Below the pieces are notes generated by a model that was not told where the DNA came from, searched no databases, and saw only the letters and a program-made list of their open reading frames with translations. A program made the translations under genes and the position numbers. Below are positions 27,137 to 36,809 of a DNA stretch of 58,878 bases, piece by piece; the first letter of the stretch is position 1; every line of letters begins with the position of its first letter. Origin of the DNA: Deltaproteobacteria bacterium (GTDB lineage Bacteria; Desulfobacterota; RBG-13-43-22); the NCBI GenBank assembly GCA_016219065.1, contig JACRCK010000092.1:1-58878 (forward strand). Direction: 5' to 3'.

Positions 27137-28393
27137 TTACTTCTTCCCTTCCTTCAGTCTCTTTTCATAATTCGTCCGGACCGCCTGCAACTCATCCGGG
27201 GTGCGGCAGATCTGCTCGGCCTGGATGGACTGCAAATTTTTTAATACCGCGAAGCCGTATTTTTCGCTGAAGGCGGTTTCACCCCAGACCACATCCTCGA
27301 CCACTGCGTGGTCCGCCGCCCGCATGATCTTCCAGCCTTCCGGAGTCTCCCAGGCCAGGGGTTCGCGCTCGACGGCCGCGATGACCTTTTCGTTGTCCGT
27401 GGTCCGGGCCCGTTCCACTGCCGCCTTGAGGAAATATACCCCGGCATAGGTTTCCTGGGCCATGTAATCGGGGTATTCCTTGAACCGCTCGGTATAGGTT
27501 TTGACGAAATTCCGGTTCAGCGGGGTATCGGGGGTGGTAAAGAAATAGCGGGAGGCTACGTAGACCCCGTCGGGCATGCTCTTCCCCAGGGGGATCAGGG
27601 TTTCCAGGGCCGCCCCGTCGGTAAAGGCGAATTTGACGGTCTTGAAGATGCCGGTGGGCAGGGCCTGTTTGACAAAGTTGACGGCGTCGTTGCCCCAGAT
27701 AGAGGCCCAGACCGCATCCGGCTTGGCCGCGATGATCTTCTGGATGAAGGGCGTGAAATCTTTTTCCAGCAGCTTGGGCCATAATTCCCCGACCACTTCC
27801 ACCTCGGGCTTCAATTCTTTCAATTTCCCGACAAAGGAATTCCAGGATTCCTTGCCGTAGCTGTAGTCGGGGCCGATGTTCATCCACCGTTTGTAGGGTT
27901 TTTCGGCCAGGAAATAAGCGCCGGCCCGGGAATGCATCATGGCGTTGCTCAGGGTGCTGAACAGGTAGGGGTTGAATTGGGCGTCGGTCAGCGAATTGGC
28001 GGCCGACTGGGTTAGCACCAGGATCTTCTTCTGGTCCCTGACCAGTTCGGCCAGGGCCGCAGCCACACCGCTGGAGGTTGGGCCGATGATAAAATCCACC
28101 CGATCTTCGTTGATGAACTTTTTAACAATTCGAATCCCCTCGTCCGCCTTCAGTTTGTCGTCCTCGAAGAGGGCCTCCACTTTCCGCCCCAGCAAACCTC
28201 CCTGGGCGTTGATTTCATCCAGCGCCAGCTCCACGGCCTGTCGGCCGTGTTTCCCATAGCCGCCCATGGGCCCGGACATGATGAACACCACGCCGATTTT
28301 GATCGGCTTCTCCGCGGCCTGGATCGGCCCGGACAGCCATATAATCAGCAGACCCCAAAAAGCCAGCCCCATTACACCGATACGTTTTGCCAT
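27137..28393 (-). CDS. ABC transporter substrate-binding protein, branched-chain amino acid (LivK-like) family
   Basis: Signal peptide; IKIG..MSG..G..AVELALDEINAQGGLLGR and PDYSYG motifs. Confidence 0.92.
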   Translation of the reverse strand: MAKRIGVMGLAFWGLLIIWLSGPIQAAEKPIKIGVVFIMSGPMGGYGKHGRQAVELALDEINAQGGLLGRKVEALFEDDKLKADEGIRIVKKFINEDRVDFIIGPTSSGVAAALAELVRDQKKILVLTQSAANSLTDAQFNPYLFSTLSNAMMHSRAGAYFLAEKPYKRWMNIGPDYSYGKESWNSFVGKLKELKPEVEVVGELWPKLLEKDFTPFIQKIIAAKPDAVWASIWGNDAVNFVKQALPTGIFKTVKFAFTDGAALETLIPLGKSMPDGVYVASRYFFTTPDTPLNRNFVKTYTERFKEYPDYMAQETYAGVYFLKAAVERARTTDNEKVIAAVEREPLAWETPEGWKIMRAADHAVVEDVVWGETAFSEKYGFAVLKNLQSIQAEQICRTPDELQAVRTNYEKRLKEGKK

Positions 28394-28447
28394 CCCGAAT
28401 CCTCCTTTTTTTGGTTGATGGATTTTATCATTAGAAAAACTGAAACG

Positions 28448-29827
28448 TTATCCATTTTTTTTCAGCCCTGCTCCGCCCGGGGGAAGGTTGGGAGGTGGCG
28501 CACCCGCCGGAGTCGCAGCAGGGGGTTTCGCCGGAAGTTTCCCTTCCGGAGGCCGGGCGAAGAAAACGGCCACCATGGCCAGGAGGCTGGCCCCGGCGAA
28601 GATGGTAAAGGCGATCCGGTAGTCTTTGGCTGCATCGAAGATCAGGCCGGCGATCACGGGGCCGAAGGCCGCCCCGGTCAGGGAGAACATTCCGGACAAG
28701 CCCGAAATCGTCCCGAAAGAGACCATTCCGAAACACTCCCCGATCAACAGCGACTGCATCATGACGATTCCGCCCATGGTCAGCCCGAAGGCCAGGGTCC
28801 CCAGGTAGAGAACGGTCACCTGCCGGTAGTAGCCCATGAGCAGGACGGCCACACCCTGAACCAAGAAACAGAACATCGTCAGATACCGCTTGTCGGAACG
28901 GTCGGCAAGGGGTCCTAGAAAAAGGCGGCCGATGATGCTGGCCCCGGTGGTCAGGCTGACGGCCGCAGCCGCCCCGGAAGCCCCCAGGGTCTGACTGAGG
29001 AAGGAAACCTGGTGAACCAGAAAAGCGATCTGACCGCTCAAGGCCAGCAGAAAGGCGGCCACGATGGCCCAGAAGGCGGTGGTCCGCAAGGCTTCGGCCC
29101 GGGTCCAGACCCGGATCTGGGAGGCATAGGAGACGCGGGCCTCCCTCGTTTCCCGGGTTTCCAGGATGGAACGGTCGCCGTCGGGAAACTGTCCGACGTC
29201 CGAAGGCCGCGATTTTACGACCAGGACGGCAATCGGAATCACCACCACCCAAAACACCGCGCCCAGGATCGGCAGGGCCGTCTCCAGTCCCCAGTTGGAA
29301 CTCAAGTAAACGGAAAACGGCACCAGGATCATGCCGCCGAGGCTCAGTCCGGTCATGGTAATCCCCAGGGCGTACCCCCGGCGGCGGATAAACCAATTGG
29401 CGATCAGGGTGTTGACCGGGATCAAGGATGTGCCGCTCCAGCCGATCGACATGAGCAGGTAGACCGCAAAAAACTGCCAGAGCTGCGTCACCCGGCCCAG
29501 CAGGAAAAACCCGACCCCGATGGTGGTCGAACCCAGAATCAGAATAGGCCTGGGACCGTAGCGGTCGATCAGCCGGCCCGCCACCAGCCCCATGAGGCCG
29601 GCCACGGCGAAGTACATGGTGACGGCTGCGGAGATGGCCCCCTTGGACCAGCCGTAATGGGCCCGCAGCGGATCCAGTATCGCCCCATGCCCGTAAAACC
29701 CGATACCCGAGGAGACGAAGAGGATGGCCGTCCCTCCCAGGACGATCCGCCAGCCGTAAAAAGGTCTTCGGGGCGCAGGGGGCAGGGGGGAGTGGGCCCT
29801 GCTATTTGATAAAACGGGATTAGACAC
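28448..29827 (-). CDS. MFS transporter
   Basis: FYGWRIV, GRLIDRYGPR (motif A), NWF.RRRG; about 12 TMs. Confidence 0.92.
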   Translation of the reverse strand: MSNPVLSNSRAHSPLPPAPRRPFYGWRIVLGGTAILFVSSGIGFYGHGAILDPLRAHYGWSKGAISAAVTMYFAVAGLMGLVAGRLIDRYGPRPILILGSTTIGVGFFLLGRVTQLWQFFAVYLLMSIGWSGTSLIPVNTLIANWFIRRRGYALGITMTGLSLGGMILVPFSVYLSSNWGLETALPILGAVFWVVVIPIAVLVVKSRPSDVGQFPDGDRSILETRETREARVSYASQIRVWTRAEALRTTAFWAIVAAFLLALSGQIAFLVHQVSFLSQTLGASGAAAAVSLTTGASIIGRLFLGPLADRSDKRYLTMFCFLVQGVAVLLMGYYRQVTVLYLGTLAFGLTMGGIVMMQSLLIGECFGMVSFGTISGLSGMFSLTGAAFGPVIAGLIFDAAKDYRIAFTIFAGASLLAMVAVFFARPPEGKLPAKPPAATPAGAPPPNLPPGGAGLKKNG

Positions 29828-29948
29828 GCAGACCTTTGATTTAAAGGCGGTTTTTATAGAAAGGCCGCCCCGGGTTGCTAAATTCCGATTAATTCATTAT
29901 CTTGTAAACATACAATAGAATTATCTCGGATTTCAACGGAGATTAAAA

Positions 29949-30791
29949 ATGAAAGTTCGGGTATTGCTGGCTGTCCTGTTTATCCATTTAGCTCTGACTA
30001 TGGCCTGGGCCGACGCCCCGGGGAGCACCGCTTCCGGGACCGCCCAGCCTGCCTTGCAAAAGATCCTGCAGAAAAACGAACTGGTGGTGGGGATGACCGG
30101 CAAGCAGCCCCCGCTCAACCTGAAAAATCAGGAGGGGGAACTCATCGGCCTCGAACCCGATCTGGCCCGGGCCATGGCGGGGGCCATGGGGGTGCGCTTA
30201 AAAATCGAGTTGCTGGATTTTTTCGAGCTTTTCCCGGCCCTGGAATCCGGGCGGCTGGACATGATCATTTCCGGCATGACCATGACCGCGAAGCGCAATA
30301 CGAAAATGGCCTTTGTCGGACCGTACTTCGTCACCGGCAAGTCCCTCCTGACCAAAACCGATCATATCTCCCAATGCCAGGAACTCTGCGATATCGACAG
30401 TCCACAAACCTCCCTGACCTTCCTGAAAGGCTCCACCGGTCAGTTTTTTGCCGAAAAGATGATCCCCAAAGCCCGGATGATCCCGGCGCGGGATTACGAG
30501 GAAGCCGTCCGCCTGGTGTTGGAGGGCAAAGCCGATGCCCTGATCGCCGATTTTTTGACCTGCGTTTTGGCCATAAACCGCCATCCCAACCAGGGGCTGC
30601 TGACTTCAAAAATGTTCACCTTTGAGCCGCTGGGAATCGCCCTTCCGGGAACGGACCCCCTGTTGATCAACTGGACTGAAAATTTTCTGAAGACCCTGCA
30701 GGCCACGGGTGAATTGAAAAAGCTGTCCGAGTCCTGGATCAAGAACGAAAAGTGGCTGAAGGAAAAAGTCGAACAGAGCTTTGATCTTTAA
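29949..30791 (+). CDS. Polar amino acid ABC transporter substrate-binding protein (family 3)
   Basis: Signal peptide; VGM..QPP, DMIISGMT.TAKR, F.GPYF and EPLGIA motifs. Confidence 0.92.
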   Translation: MKVRVLLAVLFIHLALTMAWADAPGSTASGTAQPALQKILQKNELVVGMTGKQPPLNLKNQEGELIGLEPDLARAMAGAMGVRLKIELLDFFELFPALESGRLDMIISGMTMTAKRNTKMAFVGPYFVTGKSLLTKTDHISQCQELCDIDSPQTSLTFLKGSTGQFFAEKMIPKARMIPARDYEEAVRLVLEGKADALIADFLTCVLAINRHPNQGLLTSKMFTFEPLGIALPGTDPLLINWTENFLKTLQATGELKKLSESWIKNEKWLKEKVEQSFDL

Positions 30792-30866
30792 AAGGACACC
30801 CGGGGCCGGATCTGGAAAACCAAGAGTTTTCAGATCAACGTTCGCTTCGATGATCTCCCCAAAATT

Positions 30867-30954
30867 CGTCATTGCGAGCGGAGCGAAGCAATCCCCCGGG
30901 CCCAGCTAGCTGATTCGTGGGGATTGCTTGGTCGCTTCACTCCTCGCCATGACG
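30867..30954. repeat. GTCATTGCGAG-type palindromic repeat, copy 2
   Basis: Arms nearly identical to 7853-7948, with a different central spacer. Confidence 0.85.
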
Positions 30955-30994
30955 ATCCGGGAGACTTTTTGCGGAGCCATCCCTTTGCTGATCC

Positions 30995-32368
30995 TCATCC
31001 TTTTCCCGCCGTCTTCCAGTTTCCCGCCTTGAACCGCCAGGCCATGAGCCCCCCCTGGATGATCATGGACAGGGTCATGGCCCACCAGATCCCGGAAGGC
31101 CCCAGCGCCAGATGAAAGGCCAGGACCCAGGCCAAGGGGAGACGGATCAGCCACATGGCCGTGGACACCACGTAGAGCGGAGTTCGGGTGGCGCCGGCCC
31201 CCATCAGGCCGCCGGCCAGGGCCAGGCTGACGGCCATGAAGGGTTCGGCCAGCATATTGATTTTCAGATAATTTACGGTTTCCCGGAAGACGACCGGGTC
31301 GGTCGTCAAAAATCCAGCCAACGTCGTCGACCAGCCATAGATGATCGCGGCCAGCAGCCCCAAAACCAGCGCCCCGATGCCGGCGGTCTGCCAGCCCAGC
31401 CGGGCCGCCCGGTCGGTCAATCCCGCACCCAGATTCTGGCCCACCATTACGGAGGCCGCCATCTGCAAGGCAAAGGCCGGGAGGTAGATAATGGCCTCCA
31501 ACCGGAGCCCGTTGGAAAAGGCCGCCAGGGCGGCGATGCTCTCCCGGCCGAAGCCCCCCAGCAGATTGTAAAGCACCACGCTGCCGGCATTCCAGGATAG
31601 CTGCAGGAGGGCCGCCGGCCAACTGCGGAAAAACAGGACCCGAAGATAGCCCCAGTCGAGACGAAAGGGGGGCCGGAAAACCGCTCGCCAGGACGGGGTC
31701 AATAACTGGAAAAGGGTAATCAGGGTGCCCACCAGGAAGGAAATCGCCGTGGCCAGGGCAATCCCCGGGTAACCCATCTCCGGCAGGGGGCCGTACCCGA
31801 AAACCAATCCAAACTCCAGCAGAATATTCAAACCGCTGACGACGGTCATGACCAGGAGCGGCTTCTGGGGCTCACCGCGGGCCCGGAAGACGGCTCCCGA
31901 GATGATCAGAAAATAATTGGGGCCCAGGGCCAGGGCAAAAATCCGCAGGAAGGCGGTGCCGACGGCCTGGATTTCTCCGGGGAAACCGCTGACCCGCACA
32001 ATCCAGGCCGGGGCTCCAATACCCCCCAGGCTCAAGACGGCGGCGGTCAAGATCCCGAAAAGGAGGGACTGCCTGGCCATATGGATCAGATCCCCCGTCT
32101 GGTCGGCCCCACTGGCCTGGGAAACAAGGGAAACCGTACCGATTCCGATGGCGTTGGCCAGGATGATCAACAGGAAATAGAGCTGGGCGATAAAGCCGAT
32201 GGCGGCCTGGATTTCGGAGCCGATCAGCCCCGCCACATAGACGTCGGTCACCCCGACCAGGAAATTGAACACCATGATCAGCAGCATGGGCCAGGCGTTT
32301 TGCCAGATGCTCCGATAAGGATTTCCGGTCAGGGTGGTCTGTAAGGTGGAATTGGGAACGAAAGACAT
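30995..32368 (-). CDS. MATE family efflux transporter
   Basis: AWP..D..AG, RARGE.QKPL, GQNLGAG and GIWWA motifs; about 12 TMs. Confidence 0.93.
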   Translation of the reverse strand: MSFVPNSTLQTTLTGNPYRSIWQNAWPMLLIMVFNFLVGVTDVYVAGLIGSEIQAAIGFIAQLYFLLIILANAIGIGTVSLVSQASGADQTGDLIHMARQSLLFGILTAAVLSLGGIGAPAWIVRVSGFPGEIQAVGTAFLRIFALALGPNYFLIISGAVFRARGEPQKPLLVMTVVSGLNILLEFGLVFGYGPLPEMGYPGIALATAISFLVGTLITLFQLLTPSWRAVFRPPFRLDWGYLRVLFFRSWPAALLQLSWNAGSVVLYNLLGGFGRESIAALAAFSNGLRLEAIIYLPAFALQMAASVMVGQNLGAGLTDRAARLGWQTAGIGALVLGLLAAIIYGWSTTLAGFLTTDPVVFRETVNYLKINMLAEPFMAVSLALAGGLMGAGATRTPLYVVSTAMWLIRLPLAWVLAFHLALGPSGIWWAMTLSMIIQGGLMAWRFKAGNWKTAGKG

Positions 32369-32478
32369 GGTGAATAATTTTTATTGGCATCATCCCGGTT
32401 GACTTTCGTCATCCGGGAATTAATAATATTTTTTTATATTGTTATAGCTTTCCCCAACCCATTGCACAAGGAGGATTT

Positions 32479-33189
32479 ATGAAAACCAGAACTGCCGTCT
32501 TATTGTTTGCCCTGCTATGGCTGTCGGCTGTCGTGATCATGGGGACCGGTCTTTCGTCCTGGGCCGCCACTCCGGCCTTAGAGGCCAAAAAAGTGGTGGA
32601 GGCCAGCCGCATGACCCTGGAAACTTTTATGGCCGATCCCTCCAACAAGGAATTCCAGAACCTGATCAAAAAGGCTGAGGGGATCTACATCACTCCCGCC
32701 CTGCTCAAGGGAGCTTTTGTGGTGGGCGTCTCCGGCGGAAACGGAGTGTTCCTGGTCAAGAATAAGGATACGGGGAAGTGGCTGGGGCCGGCCTTTTACA
32801 CCCTGGGCGGGGCCAGCTTCGGTCTCCAGGCCGGGGGAGAGGCTTCGGAGGTGGTGCTCCTGATCATGACTGAACGAGGCGTGAAAGCCTTCATGAAAAG
32901 CAACTTCAAGCTGGGTGCCGACGTCGGGATAGCCGCCGGACCGGTGGGCGCCGGGGTGGCGGCCGAGACCGCCAACCTCAGCGCGGACATTCTCAGCTTT
33001 TCGAGGTCCAAGGGTCTCTTCGGGGGTCTTTCCCTGGAAGGAGCGGTCATGAAAGTACGGGGCGGCTACAATGAGGCCTATTATAGCAAAAAGCTTTCCC
33101 CCTCCCAGATCCTGCTCGGCGGCCGGGCGGTCAATCCCCATGCCGCCGGATTGGTGGAGGAAGTCACCAAGGCGACCGGAGGGAAATAG
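32479..33189 (+). CDS. Lipid-binding SYLF (Ysc84) domain exported protein
   Basis: KGAFVVG..GG.G, GASFGLQAG, SRSKGLFGGLSLEG..N..YY motifs. Confidence 0.92.
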   Translation: MKTRTAVLLFALLWLSAVVIMGTGLSSWAATPALEAKKVVEASRMTLETFMADPSNKEFQNLIKKAEGIYITPALLKGAFVVGVSGGNGVFLVKNKDTGKWLGPAFYTLGGASFGLQAGGEASEVVLLIMTERGVKAFMKSNFKLGADVGIAAGPVGAGVAAETANLSADILSFSRSKGLFGGLSLEGAVMKVRGGYNEAYYSKKLSPSQILLGGRAVNPHAAGLVEEVTKATGGK

Positions 33190-33210
33190 GTACCAGCCAA
33201 ACATGAACCT

Positions 33211-33292
33211 ATTGGAGTATTGGAGTGGTGGAGTATTGGAGTATTGTTTTTAAGATCATTACTCCATTCCTCCAGTACTCCAACACTCCAGT
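33211..33292. repeat. Inverted pair of octamer arrays (TGGAGTAW / AYTCCAKY)
   Basis: About 4 GGAGTRNT units facing about 4 complementary units at a convergent junction. Confidence 0.85.
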
Positions 33293-33300
33293 ATAAAAAC

Positions 33301-33867
33301 CTACATCCCCAACTCATCGCTGATCGCTTGCATGGCACCTACGGCGATTTCGGCGAATTCCGCCAGCGGTATCCCGATCATTTCGCATTCCCGGATGATT
33401 TCCCGGTTGACCGAAGCCGCGAAGGCCTTCTCCTTCATCCGCTTCACTACGGATTTGGGTTTGACGGCGGCCAGTTTCTTTTCCGGCTGAACCAGGGCCG
33501 TGGCCGTAATCAAACCGGTGATGGTCTCCCCGGCGGCCAGGGCATGGTGAAACGGAAGGCAGCGTTTTTCCCCGCAGGCCTGTTCGTTGTGGAGCTTGAT
33601 CGCTTCCACGATCTCCGGGTCCAGCCCTTGTTCATTCAAGATGCGGACGCTTGCCATTCCGTGGACGGCCAGATCGGCGTTGGTCAGCTCCACATCCAGG
33701 TCGTGGAGCAGCCCGGCCATAGCCCACTGTTCCCGATCCTCCCCCAGCCGTACCGCCAGGGCGCCGAGCACCGCTTCGGAGGCCAGGCAATGCTTGATCA
33801 TATTGGGGTTTTTGATATGGCGCTGCAATAAATCCAGGGCCCGGTCACGGGAAATTCCGGTGGCCAT
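33301..33867 (-). CDS. HD-superfamily (HDIG) hydrolase
   Basis: KHCLA, GLLHDLD, HG, HN and KRMKEKAFAASVNR motifs. Confidence 0.92.
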   Translation of the reverse strand: MATGISRDRALDLLQRHIKNPNMIKHCLASEAVLGALAVRLGEDREQWAMAGLLHDLDVELTNADLAVHGMASVRILNEQGLDPEIVEAIKLHNEQACGEKRCLPFHHALAAGETITGLITATALVQPEKKLAAVKPKSVVKRMKEKAFAASVNREIIRECEMIGIPLAEFAEIAVGAMQAISDELGM

Positions 33868-34092
33868 TTATTCTGCTCCTGATCCTTCCGTTTTATCCGC
33901 TTCCAGGGCTTCCCGGACCAGGTCCCGCAGACAAGCCGGCAAGCGCTTCAAGACCGGGTCCTGTTCCCGATTCTTGTGGCTCACAATACATTGGCAACAG
34001 GCTCCGTGCTGAAGGCATTCCTGTTTCGGGCAGGGACAATAGGCATTGATCCGTTCCCGGCCCGGGCAGTCGCGGGGTTCGCTCAAATTCAT
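33868..34092 (-). CDS. Small Cys-rich protein (DUF6485-like)
   Basis: CPC....C..HG.CC.C...H......LPAC pattern; GAGGTG SD before ATG 34092. Confidence 0.75.
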   Translation of the reverse strand: MNLSEPRDCPGRERINAYCPCPKQECLQHGACCQCIVSHKNREQDPVLKRLPACLRDLVREALEADKTEGSGAE

Positions 34093-34145
34093 CTTTTTCA
34101 CCTCTTAATAATATTTCCAGATTTTGTTCAAACTCATGTCGGTAT

Positions 34146-34218
34146 ATTGGAGTAATGGAGTATTGGAGTATTGCTTTGAACCCATTACTCCAGCACTCCA
34201 TTACTCCAGCACTCCAGT
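34146..34218. repeat. Inverted pair of octamer arrays
   Basis: ATTGGAGTAATGGAGTATTGGAGTATTG ... CCATTACTCCAGCACTCCATTACTCCAGCACTCCAG. Confidence 0.85.
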
Positions 34219-34229
34219 TATAAAAGGTT

Positions 34230-34892
34230 TTAATGGTTCAACGGATGGGTGTGGCGGATGAACTTACCTTCCACCATGTAAATGACCATCTCGGCGATAT
34301 TGGTCGAATGGTCGGCCATGCGTTCCAGGTGCTTGGCCACGTAGCTGATCTTGACCGCCCGGGAGACGGTGGTGGGTTCCTTGATCATGAAGAACAACAG
34401 CTCGTTGAATATCTGCTCGGCCAGCAGGTCCACTTTCTTGTCCCGCTTGATGACATCGTAAGCCAGGTCCGTATCGGGCCGGGTAAAAGCCTCCAGGGCA
34501 TCGATCACCATCCCCCGGACGGTCTCGGCCATCAGAGGGACATCGATATAAGGCTTCAACTGGGGTTCGGTATTCAAATCCAAGGCCAGCTTGCTGATCG
34601 ATTCCGCAAAGTCTCCGATCCGCTCCAGGTCGGTGGTGATCTTCATGGCGGTGGTGACGAACCGCAGGTCCGCCCCCACCGGTTGCCGGAGGGCCAGGAC
34701 CCGGATACATTCTTCATCGATCTCCACGTCAAAGGCATTGATCACCCGGTCACCCTCGATAACCTGTTCGGCCAGCCGGTTGTCCCGTTCCACCAGGGCT
34801 TTGATAGCCAGGCCGATGGCCTCTTCCACCAGCGAACCCATTTTGAGGATTTTGACTTTCAGGTCCCGCAGCTCTTCTACCATCGGTTTCAT
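34230..34892 (-). CDS. phoU: Phosphate signalling protein PhoU
   Basis: LRQPV..DLRF..K...DLERIGD and LERMADH.TNIAE motifs; ATGA-coupled to the radical SAM gene. Confidence 0.95.
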   Translation of the reverse strand: MKPMVEELRDLKVKILKMGSLVEEAIGLAIKALVERDNRLAEQVIEGDRVINAFDVEIDEECIRVLALRQPVGADLRFVTTAMKITTDLERIGDFAESISKLALDLNTEPQLKPYIDVPLMAETVRGMVIDALEAFTRPDTDLAYDVIKRDKKVDLLAEQIFNELLFFMIKEPTTVSRAVKISYVAKHLERMADHSTNIAEMVIYMVEGKFIRHTHPLNH

Positions 34893-36286
34893 GCTGTTGC
34901 GCCTCCTCGTTTTCTTTTCTTAGGCCGCAGGTAAGTCCATAAAGGCCCGGTAAAGCCCAGTTGGTGCATTTTCAAGGTGTCCCCGGGGAAGCGGTCGATG
35001 CCCAGGCCGGGGAACACCCAGTTGGGATGATTTTCGGAAAAAGCCCGCAGCCGATCTTCCAGGGAATCCCGGACGGCCTGCGCCACATAAAAAACGGGCC
35101 CCAAAGGATCCCATTTGTCAGGTAAAAGACCTTCCTCCCAGGAGATCTGCGCCAGCCGGGTGCCTGGAAAAATCCGGATCCCGGTCATGCAGATCACCGC
35201 CGTGGGCCGCAGGGCCTCCACCTCGGCCAGGGTCTCCTCCACGGTAGCGGCGGTTTCTCCGGGGCCCCCGAGCAGCAGGCTGAAGCAGAAGGGGATCTCC
35301 CTTTCCCGGCAGATGCGGGCCGCTTCCCGGATCTGATCCAGCGAGAAGTTCTTGCCCATCCGCAGCAACTGGGCGGCGCTGGCCGTATCCAGGCCGAATT
35401 CCAGGGCCCCACACCCCGAGGCCTTCATGACTTCACCCAGGGAATCGGTCATGAAGCCGGGGTTCACGTAAGCCGTCCAACGGATCGGCAGCCGTTCCCG
35501 GATGATCTCCCGGCAGAGTTCCCCGGCCTGTTCCACCGGAAAATTGAAATTATTGTCCACAAAAAAAATATAGTCCAGCCCTTGATCGACCAGCTTTTTG
35601 ATTTCCCCGATCACCCCGGCCGGCTGGCGGACCCGGACCGCGCGGCCTTCGATCAGGGGATAGGTACAATAAATACAGGTGAAGGGACAGCCGCGCTTGG
35701 TCTGCACATTGGCCAGGGCCCCCTGCTTCCGGTAAAAAACGGCGTCGAATAATTTCCGGTCCGGCCAGGGCTGCCGGTTCACGTCCACAGCCGCCCCCCG
35801 CTGCAGCGCCCCGCCGGCAGGCCCCGAACCGTTCAGGAAGGGGGCGCCCTTCTCCGGCGGCCCCGGGAAAAGCCTGGCCAGGAGATCGACCAGGGCCTGT
35901 TCCCCTTCCCCGATGATCCCGTAATCGGCGGCCAGGTATTGCAACACCCGATCCGGCAGCAGCGTGAAACCCGCCCCCCCGAGAACAATCGGGGCGCTGC
36001 TCCGGCCGCGGCAAACCTGAACGACTTCCTTGATGAAGGGCAGATATTCGATCGACCGGGGATAACTGACGTTGTCCAGGTTGCGGATGGAGAGCCCGAT
36101 GCAGTCGGGCCGGAAGGAATCCAGGTCCTGCTCCAGGACCGCCCGCCAGTCCGGATGAAAACAGAGGTCGGTTCCCTTGACCGTCAGACCCCGGGATTCC
36201 AGTACGGCGGCCAGGGCGGCCAGTCCCAGGGGAAATACCGCGTCCGGGCTCACTTCCCGGTTGGGTGAAACCAATAAAACCCGCAT
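34889..36286 (-). CDS. B12-binding domain / radical SAM protein
   Basis: MRVLLVSPN..PLG, GLSIRNLDN, IVLGGAGF, QTKRGCPFTCIYC and FFVDNNFN motifs. Real start ATG 36286. Confidence 0.92.
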   Translation of the reverse strand: MRVLLVSPNREVSPDAVFPLGLAALAAVLESRGLTVKGTDLCFHPDWRAVLEQDLDSFRPDCIGLSIRNLDNVSYPRSIEYLPFIKEVVQVCRGRSSAPIVLGGAGFTLLPDRVLQYLAADYGIIGEGEQALVDLLARLFPGPPEKGAPFLNGSGPAGGALQRGAAVDVNRQPWPDRKLFDAVFYRKQGALANVQTKRGCPFTCIYCTYPLIEGRAVRVRQPAGVIGEIKKLVDQGLDYIFFVDNNFNFPVEQAGELCREIIRERLPIRWTAYVNPGFMTDSLGEVMKASGCGALEFGLDTASAAQLLRMGKNFSLDQIREAARICREREIPFCFSLLLGGPGETAATVEETLAEVEALRPTAVICMTGIRIFPGTRLAQISWEEGLLPDKWDPLGPVFYVAQAVRDSLEDRLRAFSENHPNWVFPGLGIDRFPGDTLKMHQLGFTGPLWTYLRPKKRKRGGATA

Positions 36287-36288
36287 GG

Positions 36289-36609
36289 TCAGGCGGCCGC
36301 CGGGGGTTTGGCCGATACGTCCAGGATCCGGACCGGACCGTTTTCCGTCGACCAGCCGTGCAGAACCCCGGCGGGTACGAAATACCCCTGGCCCGGCCCC
36401 AAGGTCCGGCTCTCCTCCCCGATGGTCATCGAAAAGGAGCCCTCCAGCACCAGCCCGCACTGCTCGAAAGGATGGGCGTGGCCGGCATCGGCTTTCCCCC
36501 CGTCGATGTGCATCACCGCCAGGATGATCTGTTCGCCGAAATGGGCCACGCTTTTGATCCCGGGCCTGAAATCCCGGAGAGCCAGGTGGTCAAAATCAAA
36601 ATAGGGCAT
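36289..36609 (-). CDS. Cupin domain protein
   Basis: HAHPFEQCG.V.EG and VPAGVLHG motifs; GGGAGG SD. Confidence 0.9.
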   Translation of the reverse strand: MPYFDFDHLALRDFRPGIKSVAHFGEQIILAVMHIDGGKADAGHAHPFEQCGLVLEGSFSMTIGEESRTLGPGQGYFVPAGVLHGWSTENGPVRILDVSAKPPAAA

Positions 36610-36626
36610 GGGACCCTCCCGCGAAT

Positions 36627-36803
36627 TTATAACCGGTCCACCGGTATCCAGGCCAGCAGTTCCTCCAGGTCATCATCCAGAAGCCCGGCCAACTCCGCCA
36701 ATTTAAACTGCCGCCCGCACCCCGGGCAAGTAAAATAAATCTCTCTTCAGGTCCGGAACAATTGCAGAGCAGCCCGGCAATCCGGACAGGTAATCCCTTT
36801 CAT
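36627..36803 (-). CDS. Small dual-CXXC selenoprotein (Sec at codon 19, TGA 36747-36749)
   Basis: MKGITCPDCRAALQLFRT-U-REIYFTCPGCGRQFKLAELAGLLDDDLEELLAWIPVDRL*. Hairpin GCCCG-GGGUG-CGGGC has its loop 24 nt after the UGA. Confidence 0.8.
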
Positions 36804-36809
36804 AGGGGT

